Positions 57,962 to 64,000 of a stretch of 64,000 nt of DNA are shown in pieces; the stretch's first letter is position 1, and the number at the start of each line of letters is the position of its first letter. A model generated the notes under the pieces. That model saw only the letters and a program-made list of their open reading frames with translations, had not been told where the DNA came from and did not search any database. The stretch spans positions 7,968,001-8,032,000 of the forward strand of contig CP086569.2 in the NCBI GenBank assembly GCA_009914755.4, given 5' to 3'. The position numbers and the translations under genes were made by a program. The stretch comes from the human T2T-CHM13v2.0 reference genome, Homo sapiens.

Positions 57962-59511
57962 GCCAGCTCTAGTCCCAAACCTCTCTAAAAATATAATAAA
58001 CTATCTTAATCATACTATTTATCTTAGACAAAAGTATAGGTGATAAATTTTTTTACCCTGGTGCAATAGACATAGTACCATAAGGAAAAGATGAAAAAAC
58101 TGAATAAAGCATTAGAAGGCAAAAACAAACCCTTTTATATTCTGAATAATGTATTGACTAGAAATAACTTTACACAGAGAACCATAGCCAAGTCCCCCAA
58201 ACCGGACTAGCTACTCAAGAACAGCTAAAAGAGCACAGAGTAGGAAGATTCATGAGTAGCAGTGACAAGCCTACTGAGACTGGTGATATCTGGTGGTCCA
58301 AGATAGAATCTTAGTTCAACTTATACTTACCCACAGAATTACTTAAACTCCCTGTAAGTTTAAATGTTATTCTAAAGAGGGACAGCTCTTTAGACCTTAG
58401 GAAACAACTTTCCTAGAGAAACTAAAAAATATTACCACCATAATTGGCCTCAAAGCAGCCCCGATTAGGAAAGCATTCAAGCTAAACATCCAATTACCTT
58501 AAATTCTAATCACCACACTAAACTTTAATATCACTTTGGACTAACTTATTACTTAATATAAGCAATAATGTTAATATAAGTAACATGAAAATATTCTTCT
58601 TTGGATAAGCTTATGTGAGACTGGAATAATTCACTGATAGTTAATAGCCCAATATTAATAATTGATATAATAAGCACCCTATTATTTATACTGTTAATCC
58701 AACACAGGTATGCTCTAAGGAATGATTAAAAAAACTAAAAGGAACTCAGCAAATCTTACTCTGGCTGTTTACCAAAAACTTCACCTCTAGCATTATCAGT
58801 ATTACAAACACTGCCTGTCCAGTGAAAAATGTTCAATGACCATGGTATCCTGAATGGACAAAGGTAGCATAGTTACTTGTTCCCTAAATAGGGACTTGTG
58901 TGAATGGCCATATGAGGGTTCATCTGTTTCTCACTTTTAATCAGTGAAATTGGTGACCTATCCATGAAGATGTGGATATAAACAAATAAGATGAGGAGAC
59001 CCTATGGAACTTTAATTCATTAATGTAAATAAAAACTCAAAAAATCCTCCAGACCCTAGTGTACTATCGCTGCATTAAAAATTTGGGTTATGGTGACCTT
59101 GGACCATAATTTAAACTTTGCACAACCTAAACTAAGACTGCACTAGTCTAAGAGAGTTGACACACATTGATCCAATAATTTCATCAATGAAATAAGTTAC
59201 CCTAGAGATAACAGCATAATCCTATTCTAGAGTTTATATCAAGAATAGGATTATGACCTATTGACCTTCATGTTTGATAAGGACATGCTAATGGTGTAGC
59301 CAGTATTAAGGATTCTTTTGTTCAGTGATTAAAGTCCTACATGATTTGAGTTCAGACCAGAGTAACCCAGGTCGGTTTCTATCTATTTAACTTTTCTCCT
59401 AGTATGAAAGGACAAGAGAAACAGGGCCCACTTCATAAAGCACCCTCACCCCACAGATGATGTTATCTTACTCTAATATATCACCATGCACCCTACCCAA
59501 GAGCAGGGTTT
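57962..59511 (+). pseudogene. MT-RNR2: 16S rRNA-derived (~1.55 kb, near full length), NUMT copy
   Basis: ..ggtgcaatagacatagtaccataaggaaaag.. ..ctgtttaccaaaaacttcacctctagcattatcagtattacaaacactgcctgtccagtgaaaaatgttcaatgaccatggtatcctgaatggacaaaggtagcatag.. ..gacctattgaccttcatgtttgataaggacatgctaatggtgtagccag.. ..gagttcagaccagagtaacccaggtcggtttctatctatttaac.. ..cccaagagcagggttt. Confidence 0.92.
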
Positions 59512-59587
59512 GTTAAGATGGCAGAACCTGGCAGTTTCATAAAACTTAAAGTTTATAATCAGAGGTTCAACTCCTCTTCTTAACAAC
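59512..59587 (+). pseudogene. MT-TL1: mt tRNA-Leu(UUR)-derived, NUMT copy
   Basis: gttaagatggcagaacctggcagtttcataaaacttaaagtttataatcagaggttcaactcctcttcttaacaac. Confidence 0.85.
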
Positions 59588-59959
59588 ATGCCTATAATTA
59601 ACTTTGTCCAACTTATTACTCCCACTCTAATTGCTATAGCATTCTTTACGCTCATTGAACAAAATATCTTAGGCTATATACAACAATGCAAAAGACTTAA
59701 CACTGTAGGTCCTACGGACTGATTCAACCATTCACTGATGGAATACACTACACACTGTATATTCACCAGAACTCTATATCACAAATTTTATTACAAAGAC
59801 CTTCTTTTACCCACCTTGTTTTTATAAATTGGAAGAGCATACCTCCAATTTAACTGTGAACACCTCACACATTTTCTATGAAAAAAAATTTCTATCACTT
59901 ACACTAGCATTCTGCATATATCACAATGTCTGTCCTAATTTTGAGCATTACACCCCAAA
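59588..59959 (+). pseudogene. MT-ND1: MT-ND1-derived remnant with ~650-bp internal deletion and in-frame AGA stop
   Basis: atgcctataattaactttgtccaacttattactcccactctaattgctatagcattctttacgctcattgaacaaaatatcttaggctatatacaacaatgcaaaaga... (MPMINFVQLITPTLIAMAFFTLIEQNILGYMQQCK-AGA). Homology jumps at ~59770 from ND1 codon ~45 to the C-terminal ..FVTKTLL.. region. Ends ..caccccaaag upstream of tRNA-Ile. Confidence 0.8.
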
Positions 59960-60165
59960 GAAAATATGTCTGACAAAATAATTACTTTGACAGAGTAAAC
60001 AATAGGTGTTAAAATCCTCTTATCTCTAGAATATAGGAATTGAACCTGCACCTGAGAATCCAAAATTCTCTGTGCTACCTATTACACCACGTCCTAAATT
60101 AAGGTCAGCTAAATAAGCTATCAGGCCCATACACTAAAAATGTTGGTTATATCCTTCCCAAAGTA
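59960..60165. pseudogene. mt tRNA-Ile (+), tRNA-Gln (-), tRNA-Met (+) cluster, NUMT copy
   Basis: gaaaatatgtctgacaaaataattactttgacagagtaaacaataggtgttaaaatcctcttatcta / tagaatataggaattgaacctgcacctgagaatccaaaattctctgtgctacctattacaccacgtccta / aattaaggtcagctaaataagctatcaggcccatacactaaaaatgttggttatatccttcccaaagta. Confidence 0.8.
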
Positions 60166-60640
60166 ATTAATCCATTAGTTCAACTTATTATCTCCATTAC
60201 TATTTTCACAGAAACCCTTATCACAATGCTAGACTTACACTGATTTCTCATTTGAATGGAAATAGAAATAAATATAATTGATTTTACCTCAATCTCCATT
60301 AAAAAATAAGTTTCTGCTCTAGAGAAGCAGCCACCAAATATTTGTTTACACATACAACTGCATCTATAATTCTCATGATAGGTATTCTTTCCAATAAACT
60401 TTCCTCCAGGCAATGAATACTATTAATCAAATTTACCCTTAATAATAATAACTGCCCTAGTAATACGACTCAGAATAGCCCCCTTACTTCTAAGTCCCAG
60501 AGATAACCCAAAGAACCTCTCTTATATCTGGCATAATTCTCCTCACATGAGTAAACTAGCCTGTATCTCGATTATGTTTCAAATCTTCCATCAATGAACA
60601 TGAACATCCTCCTATCTATCAAGAACCTATCCATTATAGA
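60166..60640 (+). pseudogene. MT-ND2: MT-ND2-derived 5' fragment (~475 bp), NUMT copy
   Basis: attaatccattagttcaacttattatctccattactattttcacagaaacccttatcacaatgctagacttacactgatttctcatttgaatggaaatagaaat.. (INPLVQLIISITIFTETLITMLDLHWFLIWMEME..). Ends inside the gene at the satellite junction. Confidence 0.85.
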
Positions 60641-63600
60641 GAAAGCTAAGTATTTACCAAGTTATATGGCACAATCTAACATGTGGGCAGAAATGAGGCA
60701 GAAGAGCTACATCACCAGGGTACAGCCCCTAGTAATGTGCTACCATGCCAAGTGAAGACAGGTATGAAGAAAAACAGAGAATCGCACCACCTGGGTGCTG
60801 GACTCAGAAATATATAATAATTCCTTCCCTTGAAAAAGTCAGGACAAAGGGGAGAGTCATGTCACCTAGGTTTTCACTTAGTGGTAGGTTACAATTTCTT
60901 TTGTGGGAAGGATCAAGGCAGGAGATAAGAGTCACATTACTTAGAAGTAATTCCACTGATATTCTAGTGGAATATCAGTGACCACCATAAACATGGCACT
61001 GGCAGCAGAGACAAAACACCTAGCCAATAGGCCTGGAGGTATATAAAAGTATTCTGTTTGCAGAGCACAGGCAGAAGAGTCACATTATCATGATTTTGAA
61101 CCTGTGATATGTAACAATGCCTTATGAAAAGGAATTAACCCAAAAAGTCTCAACCCAGAGGTACTAGGCCAAGGGATATGACAAAATCTCCTCATCTTTG
61201 AGGGTGACACCATTAACTGTTAGCTAATTGTGTATATAAGAGTCACAATCTATCCTGTTTGCTGGCCATTATATGACACTCTCTACAACATCTGAGAACT
61301 TTATACAAAATGCATGAGAGTTGCATACCTCCTTGAGGTCTAGATGCAAAATCTTTTTTGTTGCCCTAAACACAGGTATGACAGTCAACATCTCTCCTGT
61401 AGGCTGGCTTCAGGGATGAGAGTACTGTTATACCTGTGAGCTGGGTCCAGAAACGAGCCGCCATCCCACCTGTGGTCAGATTAAGCTATGAAAGTCAGAA
61501 TTCCAACTTTCTTCTGTATTCACTTCTTACAATCAGGACTTCAACAATGGGCTTTGTAAAGGTAGAATGGGAAAAACTTATACTTTCACTTGAATGTATA
61601 GTCAAGAGTTACAATATTAAATTTTTGCTGGGCCCTGTTATGAAACTCTCTGTACCACATAAGAAGTTTTTATAATATGAGTTAGTGTTGTTAATTTCCG
61701 TGAGCTTTATAAAAATATGCAATGAAGGACCTTACCTATTAACCTAAACCCAATGGTGAGAGTCAAAATATCTCCTTTTGGCTGAGTCTGAATATAAGGG
61801 TTAATCATTATGTTTTTGAATGAAGGAAAGTATATGTCATAATCCCATTTGTGGGCCAAAAAAAAAAATAGGATGTTAACATCCTTAGGACCTGTTTCAA
61901 GGAATATATCAAGGCAGGGTCTAGGAAAGACAGTCATATTAACTGAGGGCTGGAGCCAGCAATATGATACAACCACTAGTGGAGAAAATCCAGCAACGTG
62001 ATGAGAGCCAAAACACCTACACAACTGAACAGAGATACGTCAAAACACTTTCTATGGCTCTGGAACAGGCAGGAGAATCTTATCATTAGGGTGCAGGACT
62101 GAGCAGTAGGCTGTAATTTCTTCTTTATGCATGACCTAGGCAGAAGAGCAATATCATCCCAGTGCTGCAATCTGAAATACTGCAAAAGTCCTGTTTGTGG
62201 GTGTTTTTTGGCTACAAAACAAGAGCCACATTACCTAAGTGCTGGGCTCATCAATATGTCACAGTCTTCCCATTGTAAAGACCCAGACAGAAAAAAAGTC
62301 ACATCACTTAGAACATGGGCTCAGAGATATGACCCAATGTCATCAATATACAGGGCTCAGGTAGAAGAGAATCATATCACACCTAGGTGCTTCTTTATGT
62401 ACATGTCACAACCTAATATGCAGGCAAAATTATGGTGAAGAGCCACATCACCTGGTCCTGGGTTCTTAGATAATCACAAGTTCCCCTTAGAAAAGGCTCA
62501 GGCTAGAGAGTTATATCATCTAGGTGCAGGTTCCACCCTTACGTTACAAAGTTCCAAGTGGGCAGGGCCAAGTAGGATGTCATATCACCTAGATGATAGG
62601 CCCAGGGATATGTCACAAAGCCTTCCTAAAAGCATGGCCCTGGCAAAAGAGTACCATTGTGCTTGGCCTGGCAATGTGTCACTATACAAGTAGGCAGATC
62701 CCAAGCAAAAGAGCCGTATCACCTGCCTGATGGGCCCTGTGATATGTCAAAATGCCCTCTTTTGGTCATGGACCTGGCAAAATGGTATTATTACCTGTGT
62801 GCCTGGCCAAGGTATATGTCACTATATTGCCCTGTGTGTAGGGCTCATTCCAGAGAGGAGAGTTACATCTTGTAACTGATTGATGGAGTGATATGTCACA
62901 ATGATGTCTGTAGGCATGGTGCAAGCAAGAATGTAACATCATCTGGGTGCTGGATCCAATGATGTCACAATTCTTACCGAGAGCAGGTTCCAGGCAGAAG
63001 AGTCATATCACCAGGTAGACATCAAAATTCCCAATGTAGGCTGGAACCACTCTGATGAGTGAAATCACACAGGTGCTTGGCAAAGAATTATATCACTGTC
63101 ATGATAAAATAAAATTCTAGGGATTAGATTTAAAATACCACACATGTCCTGCTTTAATGTAAGACAGTTGCCTTCATCTATCTGTGATTGTGAAAATCTT
63201 TAAATCAGCTTGGAGCACATATGGGCTAAAAATTTCCTGTGGGTGCTTGGCCTTGTTATGACACTCTCTATAAAATCAAGGGTGTTATATAGTATATGTG
63301 ATGGTTTTAATATTCTGTGACCTTTTTACCAGAAGGAAATGCTGGACATCACTCATGTCCCTATACCTAGTTATGAGAGTCAACATTTCTCCTATCGGTT
63401 GAGTGTACGTATAAGAGTTATAATCTTGCCTTTGAGCTGTGCCTTGGTATAAGTCACCATCACCTCCTGTGGTTATTAAATAGTCAGGATAATTACAAAA
63501 CCTATATCCTAAGCCAGAAATATTCCAATATTATCTTTGAGACAGAAAAGTCACAAACCTTTTGTTCTAGGCCCAGCTCTATGGCATAATGCCCCTTGTG

Positions 63601-64000
63601 GAGAGTGTCCAGGCAGGAGAGTCATATCACCTGGATTATGGGCCCAGAGATATGTTACAATGCCTCCTGTTGAAAGGGTCCGGGGAAGAGACTCATGTAA
63701 TTTGGATGCAGGGCTTAGAAATGTTATACTCTTCACTAGAAGCAGGGTTGAGGCAAGAGAGGAGAGTCACATAACCTAGACTATGTGTCCAGAGATATGT
63801 TATGATCCCTTCTGAGGACACTGTGAAGACACAAGGGTCAAATCACCAAAGTCCTTGGCCCAGGTACATGTCAATATGCCATCTGTGGGCTAGAATTAGG
63901 CAGAATTATTAAATCACTCAGGAGAAAAGTAAATGTCACTATAACACCTGTGGACATGTTCAGGGATGAGAGTCATCATCCTGTATACATCTTGGCTCCA
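60641..64000 (-). repeat. Beta-satellite-like array (reverse arm, part 2) resuming after the NUMT
   Basis: Same reverse-complement monomers (e.g. 62560-62640 gtcatatcacctagatgataggcccagggatatgtcacaaagcc). Higher-order landmark at 61490 paralogous to 41480/45660/47270; 60700-61500 is ~90% similar to 46620-47290 (by eye). Confidence 0.7.

Overview
This 64-kb window is primate (human-type) nuclear heterochromatin, not a prokaryotic locus. I find no credible protein-coding gene, operon, CRISPR array or defence system. Every ORF in the six-frame track is a translation artefact of tandem repeats or poly-T, or a decayed LINE-1 ORF2 fragment. Coordinates are by eye, roughly +/-10 bp; family names and identity percentages are from memory and need RepeatMasker/BLAST confirmation.

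What the window contains:
1. A beta-satellite-like tandem repeat with ~68-75 bp monomers and a recurring core ATTGTGACATAT..CTGGGCC.AGCACCTAGGTGATGTGACTCTCCT. It is organised into divergent multi-kb higher-order units. It forms a forward arm (1-35.5 kb) and a reverse-complement arm (40.3-64 kb). The two arms are colinear inverted copies of the same higher-order unit, not merely the same monomer family.
2. A ~4.8-kb non-satellite core (35.5-40.3 kb) with old LINE-like fragments, three Alus, a ~170-bp (TTTC)n microsatellite and a decayed ZNF91-family KRAB-zinc-finger last-exon pseudogene.
3. An old, highly diverged ~6.9-kb mitochondrial insertion (NUMT, 51.45-60.64 kb). It runs ND6, tRNA-Glu, CYTB, tRNA-Thr/Pro, the whole control region, tRNA-Phe, 12S, tRNA-Val, 16S, tRNA-Leu, ND1 (with a ~650-bp internal deletion), tRNA-Ile/Gln/Met and the 5' part of ND2. 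It is split by a 2.3-kb twin-primed (5'-inverted) L1 flanked by a 15-bp TSD.
4. Young AluY insertions with intact TSDs, an L1 3' fragment with a 12-bp TSD, and several microsatellites.

A ZNF91-type pseudogene sandwiched between beta-satellite blocks matches the architecture reported for human KZNF/beta-satellite clusters such as 19p12 and 4p16. That placement is an inference, not a verified mapping.
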